This document shows positions 1-11,284 of a DNA stretch of 64,000 bases, one piece after another. The first letter of the stretch is position 1; each line of letters begins with the position of its first letter. Under the pieces are notes generated by a model. The model was not told the origin of the DNA. It saw nothing but the letters and a program-made list of their open reading frames with translations, and did no database searches. Where the stretch lies: positions 214,582,001 through 214,646,000 of the forward strand of contig OZ024740.1 of NCBI GenBank assembly GCA_964016885.1, read 5' to 3'. Source of the stretch: Eledone cirrhosa. Taxonomy: Eukaryota. A program made the translations under genes and the position numbers.

Positions 1-267
1 CTACGGCTTAATACGGGATGTTTGTTTACAAACACACCGAGCATTATAATAAATGTTCGGTGAATCCATACGTACATATATATATCTGTGTGCATGTATG
101 TATATATATATACATACTACTGTACGTCTGTATACAGTATATGTATGTACGTGTACATACTTATATTTAAGTAACAGCCGTACTAGGAGTGGGAAATGAA
201 ATTTCGTTTCATTTTTTCCGTTTATATATATATATTTATATATATATATACGTATATATATATATAA

Positions 268-570
268 CTGATAACTTTGATAGGTTTCGACCAGTATTGG
301 CCCAGGCCATGTCTAACTTAATAGCACCACCTGGCGAAGTCTTACAAATCAGTGTTTGGGCACCATGGCCCACTCGAGCAGAGAGTTATTGTTTACGGAG
401 GCATATCCGGGTGTAGGAGGCTTATCCGGGATTTCTTGAAGGAATTTATCCAAAGACTTCTTGAACTTGATGGGGTCTGTCTCTGCTTTGATGTGTTTTG
501 GTGTAATGTTAAAGAGTGCAGGGCCAATTGAGGTGAAATAATTGTGTCGTATTGTTGTTATTTGATGCGA
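268..570 (-). mobile_element. 3' end fragment of a non-LTR retrotransposon (CR1/Proto2-like ORF2 C-terminus plus 3' UTR)
   Basis: Minus ORF 349..636 contains GPALFNITPKHIK...FKKSLDKFLQEIPDKPPTPGY..NNSLLEW, typical of LINE ORF2 C-termini; flanked by (TA)n. Clade assignment uncertain. Confidence 0.6.
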
Positions 571-652
571 GTGGGATATATATATATATATATATATATA
601 CTCTTTTACCTGTTTCAGCCATCCGGCTGAGGCCATATATACGTATATATAC

Positions 653-1275
653 GTATATATGAATGTATATATAGTGTATTTTGCAATACACTGTATGCTT
701 AATTAAAAGCATTTCGAAGACCTTATGCTATTGTTTTAGAGTAGTGACAGTCTCACTTACTTTAAATTTCAGCAAACAGGGGAGATAAAGCTGACAGGGT
801 CCTGTTTCGCATTTATTGATGCTTATCAAAGCCAACTACTCCTCCTGTTTGCTGAAATCATGGATGTTTGGTTCTTATAGAATTCTAGTAAATAATCAGG
901 AATTGATTATACCGAGCGGTTGCCGGTCAAGCAGAAATTGAAAATTAAAATTGGTGCTCTGAAATAGCTATATATATATGAATGTATATATAGTGTATTT
1001 TGTAATACACTGTATGCTTAATTAAAAGCATTTCGAAGACCTTATGCTATTGTTTTAGAGTAGTGACACACTCACTTTAATTTTCAGCAAACAGGGCCCT
1101 GTCAGCTTTATCTCCCCTGTTTGCTGAAAATTAAAGTAAGTGAGTACGTCACTACTCTAAAACAATGGCATAAGGTCTTCGAAATGCTTTTAATTAAGCA
1201 TACAGTGTATTGCAAAATACAATATATATACATTCATATATATATAGCTATTTCAGAGCACCAATTCTAATTTTT
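653..1275 (-). mobile_element. Hammerhead-bearing short element (retrozyme or Penelope pLTR-like): 319-bp monomer, partial direct repeat and inverted arm
   Basis: GAATGTATATATAGTG recurs at 661 and 980 (period 319). 1098-1275 is a reverse-complement copy. Flanked by (TA)n; hammerhead at 789-833. Confidence 0.75.
789..833 (-). ncRNA. Type I hammerhead ribozyme, variant core U3-A8
   Basis: Minus strand: GGCT-TTGATAA-GCAT(caataa)ATGC-GAAA-CAGG(ac)CCTG-TC-AGCT. Stem I is extended by TTTCAGCAAACAGG (767-780) pairing with CCTGTTTGCTGAAA (844-857). Confidence 0.75.
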
Positions 1276-1279
1276 ATAC

Positions 1280-1347
<68 letters not shown>

Positions 1348-1486
1348 TAAATGTATATATATTTATTGAGTTAGGAACTCAAAATAGTCTCTTACAACAA
1401 AATACCTCTAAGAAAGAGATATTTCTGAGCCGTATATTATGATAGAATATAAAAGCGAAGCGAACACACATATATAGATATATGTA

Positions 1487-1534
<48 letters not shown>

Positions 1535-1535
1535 C

Positions 1536-1569
<34 letters not shown>

Positions 1570-1571
<2 letters not shown>

Positions 1572-1787
1572 CGAAGGAAATGTGGTAAGGAACCAGGTGG
1601 ACCATAACGCACCAAAGTACTCAATACTTGAGGTAGTAGAGTGGGTAATAGGAACCAGTAAGACCCCGACAGCTGAGCTCAAGCCGTTTCGACGGCTAAT
1701 TCTGGACTAAATGAAAATTTATCCTGGTATTTAAATAGCCGATCATCTCAAGGGGTAATTCCATATATGGTCAAAGTGATTGTCATA
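1570..1787 (-). mobile_element. Short (TA)n-embedded repeat (family B), longest copy, with hammerhead-like fold at 1663-1756
   Basis: Minus strand: ACCCC-TTGAGAT-GA(t)CGGCTA...TAGCCGTC-GAAA-CGGCT(tgagctc)AGCTG-TC-GGGGT. Same family at 13171-13455, 33009-33146 and 55923-56100, all ending CCTTCGTT(TA)n. Confidence 0.7.
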
Positions 1788-1838
1788 TATATATATATAT
1801 ATATACATATACGTATATATATATATATATATACATAC

Positions 1839-1908
<70 letters not shown>

Positions 1909-2723
1909 GTGTATATACTTCCCTGTATGTGCCAAATTAATGATGAGAGAATATGCATATATATTTAATTCTATTTTTTTAATTTCTAACCAAAGTCAAA
2001 TGTGAAACGTGAACTGAAAGTTAGATAAGTTGTTGATCATCTAACATATGTTTAGACGAGATGTTTGTCTCAGATGTTTGTCTCAGAAGTTTGTCTCAGA
2101 TGTTTCAAACGTCAGGACTGAAGACTCTTCAATTAGTCACGAGCGATGGAACTATTCTATAATCCTTATTTAATGTTTAAATCCCTATTGATGTTTTACT
2201 TGAAACGGGACGCAAAAGAACAGAGAATGATTTTTGCCTCGAGGAAAGTTTTATGAGAAGTAGATAAGAGGTGTTAACTAGAACTAGATGAGCAAGCAGA
2301 TTCTGAAGTTCTAGCTGATGAATTGTGTTAGGAGTGTAAGCGGTCGTGTTTGTAAATTCCTGGGGCTAATGTTCAGCTGGTCTTTAACACAAATATTCTT
2401 TCGTGTGAGTTTTTTTTTCATATAAAGATGTTTTTCTTTCACTCCGTCCATTAAATCTGTTTACTTAAGATTGTTGAAACATTTACCAATGTCCGTTTCC
2501 TATTACACTAGAATAATATATTCAAAATAAAACAGTTTTTTTCCTTACCATATGTGGTTTTTTCAATTCATGTGGTCGACCTATGTGTTTGTTCAAGATG
2601 AAAGGAATAGCAACCAAATCTATCTTAAGACACACCCAATTACCTTTAAAAAAAGCAGAAAGAGCACATTGAACGATAAAGGCTGGACTACATAACTGGA
2701 ATGCTTTCGATATTATGTTTAGT

Positions 2724-3036
2724 CCGGTGTTTCTCAACCGATGTTCCCCAGAACGCTAGGGTTCCGCAAGAGGTCGCTAGGGGTTCTGCGAGAAACAGTG
2801 ATAAATAAACTAATGCACTTTTAGTAATTTTTGCTTAATTTTATATTGTAATTTTACTACACCCGTATGGCATACTGTTGGAGAATCCTTGGTTATTATA
2901 AGAAAGGCTTCAACCTCTTATGTTATTTAAAATTAGATCGATATAACAGATAGATATCAATAATTGTATATAATGATATTTATGCAACGTTTCCTTAGGG
3001 TATAAAAGCTATTGCTAGGGTTCCACAAGGGTAAAA
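2724..3036. mobile_element. hAT-like MITE remnant
   Basis: Starts C(C)GGTGTTTCTCAACC, resembling the hAT/Charlie-type terminus CAGTGTTTCTCAAC, with repeated TAGGGTTCC motifs; right terminus appears truncated. Confidence 0.5.
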
Positions 3037-3079
3037 CGTCAGGGATGACGTGCGTGGAGCTAAATAACAACAACTTATG

Positions 3080-3310
3080 TGGTAGCTCTGTGGACACAGC
3101 ATAACCAAATAGTTAAGGGGTACACTTCGCAATCATTAGGTCCCAGGCTCGACCCCACTATGTGGCATGTTGGACAAGTGCCTTAATGAAATTAGGTCGG
3201 CGGAAACTGTTCGGAAGCCCGTTGAATGGACTGTCCCGTAATTCAAGGAGTCAGTTTTGTCACACAGTTTGTCACTGGATTTATCTGAGGATTATATCAA
3301 AGGTACAAGT
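3080..3310 (+). mobile_element. Degenerate tRNA-derived SINE
   Basis: tRNA-like head (TAGTTAAG...AGGCTCGACCCC) followed by TTGGACAAGTG and GGAAACTG..GGAAGCCCG SINE body motifs. Confidence 0.45.
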
Positions 3311-3778
3311 TACTGCCCCTAAAGCTCATATTTCAAAAGTAATGATAACAACTTCACCACAATTCCACATATTCTGTATGTCGTATTTCCTGCTCTTTGC
3401 CTCCCACTCTAATATCAACTTGGCAAGCAACATCGACAGACTAACAAATGTTCCACTTTATTGAGTTTAACAATACCAGGACGTCAACATACCATTTACT
3501 TATCTGTTTCAGCCTTCATATTTCCTCAATACTTTTACATACTTGTTTCCAAAGACACATTCTGGTTTGTGGCTATTACTACTTATTCACAGGTTAGAAT
3601 TTAAACATTGTATACATTCGCCATTGAAATATTTTGGCAAATTGGCAACTTTATCGAGTCCCTAATTCTTATGTCTTTGAGCAAGTATCTTGTATTCCCG
3701 AAACTTCGTTAGAGCACAGTCTCTTCTCTTTCACAACACATTCTACGTGAGACCAAGATGTCCTTATTTGTAGTCCTT

Positions 3779-3910
<132 letters not shown>

Positions 3911-3978
3911 GTAAACAGAAATAATAAAATGATAAAATAATAAAATAACAAAACAAACGACAGGGTATATATACATAC

Positions 3979-4080
<102 letters not shown>

Positions 4081-4164
4081 GTACATACATACATATATTA
4101 TAGAATCTTGAGTTGATCAATATATGTATGTATATATATTGTGTGTGTGTGTGTGTTATCTGTT

Positions 4165-4234
4165 TATGTGTCTACGATTTAGTAAGCAGCCAAAATTCAT
4201 GAATTTTGGCTGCTTACTAAATCGTAGACACATA
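4165..4234. repeat. Perfect 70-bp palindrome with no spacer
   Basis: TATGTGTCTACGATTTAGTAAGCAGCCAAAATTCA|TGAATTTTGGCTGCTTACTAAATCGTAGACACATA, between microsatellites. Confidence 0.95.
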
Positions 4235-4238
4235 CATA

Positions 4239-4269
<31 letters not shown>

Positions 4270-4333
4270 ATATTATATATATATATATATATATTATATA
4301 TATTATATATATATATATTATATATATATATAT

Positions 4334-4417
<84 letters not shown>

Positions 4418-4496
4418 ATAATATAATATATATATATATATATATATAATATAATATATATATATATATATATATAATATAATATATATATATATA

Positions 4497-5095
4497 AAAT
4501 ATTCATTAGTTAAGCAAAACAAGACCACAAATTTCACAAGGAAGACATTATTAAAAGATTGTCAACATATTTAGTTTGATGTAAGGAATGTAGAGAATAA
4601 TAATAATAATAATATTAATAATAATAATGCCCGTTTATTATTTTAATTTATATTCCTTTGAGTTCCGATGAGCCACTCTGTTTTTTTAAATATATTAATT
4701 ATTTTCAACTGAACCAGATTAATTATGATACATAGTCATCTGATCCAGAAATATTATATGGAGTAGCGAAACAATTGTAAACGGAAATTATTATTATTAA
4801 TATTAATATTATTATTATTCTCTACATTCCTTAGATCAAACTAAATATGTTGACAATCTTTTAATAATGTCTTCCTTGTGAAATGTATGGTCTTGTTTTG
4901 CTTAACTAATGAATATTTCCAGCTCTGCGCACCTAACCTCTGCATGAACCCAGCCACCTAGCTGCCTTCCACTGCATATTGCACATTGAGCACATGCCTT
5001 TACGCTTTGGCTTCTAACTAACTCACCAATCTTTCCTCTCATATCTACTCTACTATCTCAATCTCTCTCTTTAAGATTGGTTACTCTTGAACTGT
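4497..5095 (+). mobile_element. Fold-back element with about 140-bp inverted arms (4497-4636 / 4778-4918) and a hammerhead motif
   Basis: Arms are reverse complements with a few mismatches; (TA)n on both sides. Confidence 0.75.
4662..4782 (+). ncRNA. Type I hammerhead motif with long stem II (U4C, possibly decayed)
   Basis: GTT-CCGATGA-GCCACTCTG...TGGAGTAGC-GAAA-CAATTG-TA-AAC; stem III is palindromic (ACAATTGT). Confidence 0.6.
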
Positions 5096-5103
5096 GTATA
5101 TAT

Positions 5104-5137
<34 letters not shown>

Positions 5138-5305
5138 ATATATATAATATATATATATAATATATATATTATATATATATATAATATATATATATATATA
5201 TAATATATATATTATATATATATATAATATATATATATATAATATATATAATATATATATATATAATATATATAATATATATATAATATATATATAATAT
5301 ATATA

Positions 5306-5354
<49 letters not shown>

Positions 5355-5357
5355 CAT

Positions 5358-5389
<32 letters not shown>

Positions 5390-5720
5390 ATATATATATA
5401 TATATAATATATATATATATATAATATATATATATAATATATATATAATATATATATATATAATATATATAATATATATATATATAATATATATATATAT
5501 ATAATATATATATTTCGTTTCTGAATTTGTTTAGCAAGATTCTTTATCTGAAATCGTGTGTTGAAACCGATATTGTTATACTTTGGGAGGGTCATGTTGC
5601 CAATAAGAAACACACGCACCAGTTGCTTTCACTTCAATTTAATTTATTATATATTTATAAATTTATAAATTTCTGGTTGGTTGGTTGGTCCCACAACCAG
5701 ATAGTTGTTTATATATATAT

Positions 5721-5765
5721 AGTCATAGTTCTTTCGTCACACACTCTGTGACCTCTTCAGTGACT
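5721..5765 (-). ncRNA. Minimal type I hammerhead ribozyme
   Basis: Reverse complement reads AGTCA-CTGAAGA-gGTCACA(gagtg)TGTGAC-GAAA-GAAC-TA-TGACT. Confidence 0.8.
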
Positions 5766-5861
5766 GGGGATTTCTTTCTTCGTTTCTGTGCCTTTCCTTT
5801 CTGTGCCATTTGGCGTAGGATAGAAGAAAGGAAAGGCACAGAAACGAAGAAAGAAATCCCC

Positions 5862-5906
5862 AGTCACTGAAGAGGTCACAGAGTGTGTGACGAAAGAACT
5901 ATGACT
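5862..5906 (+). ncRNA. Minimal type I hammerhead ribozyme
   Basis: AGTCA-CTGAAGA-gGTCACA(gagtg)TGTGAC-GAAA-GAAC-TA-TGACT; stem I AGTCA/TGACT. Confidence 0.8.
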
Positions 5907-6053
5907 ATATATATATAAACAACTATCTGGTTGTGGGACCAACCAACCAACCAGAAATTTATAAATTTATAAATATATAATAAATTAAATTGAAGTGAAA
6001 GCAACTGGTGCGTGTGTTTCTTATTGGCAACATGACCCTCCCAAAGTATAACA

Positions 6054-6089
<36 letters not shown>

Positions 6090-6297
6090 ACTTAAGAAAA
6101 CCTAACAAAACTACGAACGAAAAATATATTTTTGAATGGGAAACCTGAAAAAATTATTTAAAAAAAGAATATCCAAACGAAGTTCACAGAACCCCAAGGT
6201 CATCGGATTTGGTAGTTTTGACACCCCACCCCCCTACCAATGGTTCACTCGAGGTCACAGAGTCTGACATAAGCCAAACGCTGTCCAGTGGAATATG

Positions 6298-6404
6298 AGG
6301 CGGCGGCGGAGGAGGAGGAGGAGGAGGAGGAGGAGGAGGAGGAGGAGGAGGAGGAGGAGGAGGAGGAGGAGAAGAAGGAGAAGGAGAAGAAGAAGAAGAA
6401 GAAG

Positions 6405-6434
<30 letters not shown>
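6298..6434. repeat. Compound microsatellite (GGC)n(GGA)n(GAA)n
   Basis: Direct inspection. Confidence 0.95.
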
Positions 6435-6435
<1 letters not shown>

Positions 6436-6504
6436 GCCTGCTTTATATTTAAAAGGTGTGTATATCATCATTAAAATCTGACTTTCTAGATCAGAGTTGG
6501 CTGT

Positions 6505-7933
6505 ATGCGAGTCAGCCATCATTGCTGCTATATATGATATCTATATTGTATTGGAGTCGGCCATGATTGCTGTTATATATGAGGTCTATGTTGTATTGGA
6601 GTCGGCCATGATTATTGCTATATATGAGGTCTATGTTGTATTGGAGTCGGCCATGATTGTTGTTATATATGAGGTCTATGTTGTATTGGAGTCGGCCATG
6701 ATTGCTGTTATATATGAGATATATGTTGTATCAGAGTCAGCCATCATTGTTGCTATATATGAGGTCTATATTGTATTGGAGTCGGCCATGATTGCTGTTA
6801 TATATGAGATATATGTTGTATCAGAGTCAGCCATGATTGTTGCTATATATGATATCTATATTGTATTGGAGTCGGCCATGATTGCTGTTATATATGAGAT
6901 ATATGTTGTATCAGAGTCAGCCATCATTGTTGCTATATATGAGGTCTATGTTGAACTGGAGTCGGCCATGATTGCTGTTATATATGAGATATATGTTGTA
7001 TCAGAGCCAGCCATGATTGTTGCTATATATGATATCTATATTGTATTGGAGTCGGCCATGATTGCTGTTATATATGAGATATATGTTGTATCAGAGCCAG
7101 CCATGATTGTTGCTATATATGATATCTATATTGTATTGGAGTCGGCCATGATTGCTGTTATATATGAGATATATGTTGTATCAGAGCCAGCCATGATTGT
7201 TGCTATATATGATATCTATATTGTATTGGAGTCGGCCATGATTGCTGTTATATATGAGATATATGTTGTATCAGAGCCAGCCATGATTGTTGCTATATAT
7301 GATATCTATATTGTATTGGAGTCGGCCATGATTGCTGTTATATATGAGATATATGTTGTATCAGAGCCAGCCATGATTGTTGCTATATATGAGGTCTATG
7401 TTGTATTGGAGTCGGCCATGATTGCTGTTATATATGAGATATATGTTGTATCAGAGTCAGCCATGATTGTTGCTATATATGAGGTCTATGTTGTATTGGA
7501 GTCGGCCATGATTGCTGTTATATATGAGATATATGTTGTATCAGAGTCAGCCATGATTGTTGCTATATATGAGGTCTATGTTGTATTGGAGTCGGCCATG
7601 ATTGCTGTTATATATGAGATATATGTTGTATCAGAGTCAGCCATCATTGCTGCTATATATGAGGTCTATGTTGTATTGGAGTCGGCCATGATTGCTGTTA
7701 TATATGAGATATATGTTGTATCAGAGTCAGCCATCATTGTTGCTATATATGAGGTCTATGTTGTATTGGAGTCGGCCATGATTGCTGTTATATATGAGAT
7801 ATATGTTGTATCAGAGTCAGCCATCATTGCTGCTATATATGAGGTCTATGTTGTATTGGAGTCGGCCATGATTGCTGCTATATATGATATCTATTTTGTA
7901 TCAGAGTCAGCCATCATTGCTGCTATATATGAG
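6505..7933. repeat. 45-bp minisatellite with 90-bp dimeric higher-order structure
   Basis: Alternating units GAGTCGGCCATGATTGCTGTTATATATGAGATATATGTTGTATCA and GAGTCAGCCATGATTGTTGCTATATATGAGGTCTATGTTGTATTG; about 31 units. Confidence 0.95.
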
Positions 7934-9799
7934 TGTCTGTGTAAAGACAAGACAACAACAATAATACATTAGAAAGAAAGATACAATCAATAGAGTGTAA
8001 TTTGAACAATATTATCGTTAGTTAGATCCTCTCGACATTTTACTATATTTCTCAAGCATGGTTACTTATTGTTATATAATGAAATGAGTCTTAATACTTC
8101 TTATTCTCTTATTCCCCGATGCTGCTCACTGCTGAAACGAACATGTCGACTTGATTGATTACATATTCTTTAATGACCTGCATTCTACTGTTGACGTCCA
8201 AACGAGGAGGTGGGAAGCTTGTGTGACGATAATAAAGCCTGTCTCGCTGATGGTCGTCGCTGATGTTTCACTCTCGGCTCGACTCTTCTACAGTAAAGCT
8301 ACAGAGCCACATTGACACCACTTGTAAGGATAGGGGGGTGCGCAAATCATCACATGATAATGAGAGAACACGAATAGTATCATTTCACTGCTAGCCAGAA
8401 ATTATGGGCTCATTAGACATCCATGCTTGATTTGAAGGAGAAAAACAATAATGAGATTATTCCCAGTTACTTGCTATTCTGCATGGCATTTAACACGAAC
8501 GTTGAGAGTCCATCTAGCAGATGGCGCGACAATAAATAATCTTGTATTTTAAAGAAAACAATAGAATATGTGACAGTCCCAGTGCACCTATTGTAATGAT
8601 CAACACTAGCTGCTCATTGACAAGCTTGAGGCTGGCTCTCCGACTAACAACACGCCATACCCAGCTGATTTTGGCACCCATGCGAACTGATGGTAAATCG
8701 AATGCACTGCTCGTCACAGCTCGTTCTTTACTCCCGTACGCCTGACATTTTTTTGTTTTTTGTTTCAATACCACCAGAAATACAGAAGCAGGGAAAAATT
8801 GTTTACGATCTTTAACTTATGTAGTTGAAGCACATGTTGTCTCTCAGTCGAAAGATATTTGAATACTTTACTTTAACCTGGATTATTCCGTTGATATTTC
8901 CTTGACACTATGGCTTGTGGCTTATTTAATCATCTTCGTTAAGCTTATATTTGGTTTGTTATCTAATTTTTTTTTATATTTTGTGTTTATATTTATTTAT
9001 TTATTTACGTACTTATTCGCTTCGCAACGAAGTAAAAAAGACTGAGAATGAACAATGGAATTTTTAAAACCAATACTGAGGTTATATTTAACTTCAATTA
9101 ACTAGAGGCTGAAAATACTGTGTTTACGTCGCAGTTTCTTTCTCTATTTTTTCAGGAAAAATGGTGTAAAAACCCAGTCTGTTACTTAACTATTAAATCT
9201 ACAAAACGTTATATGCGAATCAAGTACTGAACGAAGATAGTTGTATGTAAAATGGGGACGCGACTTATCTACTGGTGCAAATTCTGCACGAGTATATTCG
9301 GTCTTTTTTCTGTGAAATAAAAATACAGATGTGTTTTTGGCCTTTCCTTACTAAAAACATTCATTTACTTGTATATATCACCGTATAAAACATCGTTCGA
9401 TCTCACACAACTATTTTAACTAAAACCTTACCTTACATTCTATTAAATTATTGGACTTCTATTGTGGTTTAATTTGAGATGATTAAACATTCTGTGTTAT
9501 AAAATATAATTACAGTCAATAAATCAATTCACTGTTGTATAAACAACATTACAAATATTGATGGAAATATGACTGAAAATGAGAAAAATAGAAAAAGGAT
9601 AAAAACAAAACCAAGGAACGAACAGATAGAGGAGGGGTAAAGAAGGGCAGATATGACTATAGGAAAGTAGGAGAAGGGCAATGAATGCCATAAATGAGAA
9701 GAAAAGGAGAAAAAAGCAAGGACTATGAAGCCATAGAAGAAAAGGAAGGGGAGAGTGTGATAGGTACTCTGCCTGGTGTGGGGCTGTGTTTGGCCTGGC

Positions 9800-10500
9800 C
9801 CCACGAACAAAGCTGCAAAGGCATTTCCGCGGATAATGGCCATCGACACCCGGTGCAACAGCCACCCGAACTCGCGAGGTTCCAGCCTCTGACGGGCAAC
9901 CGACAATTTACGGAGGAGCTCGGCAGTACTGAATCCGAGGACGCCGAAAGTCTTGACGGCAACCGGTGCCAAGAAGAAGCTGCCGGACAAGCCCCGGTAT
10001 TTGCTTGTCCTCTTGTCCTGCTGGCTGCGTTAGCGGGGTTTGTGGCCGAAGCGACTAAGTTGGGGGTGAAGAAAGTGTCACAGCATGCGGCGTCCTAGAT
10101 GAAGGAGTTACCTCTGTCGAAGAGGAAGTGGGTAATTCCGCCGGCGCGCTTGCAGTCGAGGCCTGCTGGCTCCAGTTGTGATGGGAAGCCAGCTGCATCC
10201 AGGCTCCTTCTCATAATATCATTGAGAGCGACATGTCGGAGAAACCGGTCTGCGCTCTAGCGGTATGACAGTGAGTGCAGGCCAAACTCGTCAACGACAA
10301 CCCCACAGCACCATTTGTGTGGCTCACACACGCGCAGGCCGAGAAGCTGGGCCATTCCAATGAGAGTGCACTCGCCATCAAGAAGGGCACCGGTTGATGA
10401 GCTACATACCGCTGAAGGAAGACCTGCACTGGATGTCATCTCAGTTACGTTGGACATTTGTATACCGGGGAGGCAGAGAGGCCTTCGCCTGTCCAGATAT
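9800..10500 (-). mobile_element. CRE-like RLE non-LTR retrotransposon 3' fragment (zinc knuckle plus restriction-like endonuclease), decayed
   Basis: Minus frames give LGLRVCEPHKWCCGVVVDEFGLHSLS...RHVALNDIMRRSL..AGFPSQLEPAGL and PVAVKTFGVLG...WLLHRVSMAIIRGNA, typical of the CRE-clade C-terminus; contains stops and frameshifts. Confidence 0.75.
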
Positions 10501-10964
10501 ACAGACTGACATATATATATATATACACACACACACGCACGCGCGCAAATATCCCCCCCCCCCACACACACACACTCCCACACACACACACACACGCAGA
10601 TACACAATCAGACATACACACACATGCGCACACACACGCACACACTATCAAATACACAGACAGGCATAACACACACACGCGCGCGCACGCAGACACACAC
10701 AGAGGCACAAATACACACACAGACACACTGAGAGGCACAGCAACACACACACACACAGATGGTAGTTACCTCAAGTAGGGGACTATAATTAGTTATTACT
10801 TAGAGAGCAGACACAGAAAACAGACCCTTGAAACCCTGTCAGATACAACAGCCAACACTCAACACGTCTGTAGTAGATAAACTATTGAAATCTCTCTGGA
10901 CACTCCGATTTAATTCACTTTACAACTTATACAATTAAGTATCATTATTCATGTATTACTTAAG

Positions 10965-11180
10965 GGCGATGGATTGGCAGTATCGGTAGAGAGTCGGACA
11001 CCATGCTTTGCAGCATAGAGTTATGGCCCTTTATGATCTGAGTTCAAATCCCGCCGTGGTTAACTTTGCCTTTCATCCTTACCGGGTCGATAAAATAAAG
11101 TACCAGTCACGTACTGGGGTCGATTTAATCGACCCCCCCCCCCCGAAATTGCTGGCCTCGTTCCTAAATAAGAAATCATT
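10965..11180 (+). mobile_element. tRNA-derived SINE (major family in this window)
   Basis: TGGCAGTATCGGTAGAG...GAGTTCAAATCCCGCC..GGTTAACTTTGCCTTTCATCC..GGGTCGATAAAATAAAGTACCAG (A/B-box-like head); more than 15 related copies in the window. Confidence 0.85.
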
Positions 11181-11284
11181 ATTCATGTATTACTTGACTC
11201 TATATTCCTATCTCTAATAATGAGGTGGGGGGGAAATAGCGAAGGTGAAATACTTTCAGGATGTAGTTACAACTGTTTGCTAAT

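Larger units (their letters stand above)
5513..6056. mobile_element. Large palindromic element (about 230-bp arms, 5571-5802 / 5824-6056) with a hammerhead in each arm
   Basis: Arms are essentially exact reverse complements around a spacer of about 21 nt; embedded in (TA)n. Confidence 0.85.

Noticed and set aside
35-62. Hairpin CACCGAGCATT/AATGTTCGGTG
   Set aside because: Isolated hairpin at the window edge with no core motif; cannot be assigned.
905-975. Plus-strand GAGC...GCTC-T-GAAA-TAGCTA-TA as a second hammerhead, or GCCGGTCAAGC as a twister
   Set aside because: No hammerhead 5' core, GAAA is not kept in the 39.4-kb relative, and twister pseudoknot pairings cannot be formed.
2117-2330. 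CTGAAGA and CTGATGA words
   Set aside because: No downstream stem II, GAAA and stem III arrangement.
6497-7972. 491-aa ORF
   Set aside because: Read-through of a 45-bp minisatellite with no unique domain and no supporting gene structure.
8100-9305. GC-richer segment with short ORFs and a pogo-like terminus near 9260-9302
   Set aside because: No recognisable protein motif and no matching left TIR found; probably an old DNA transposon but unsupported.
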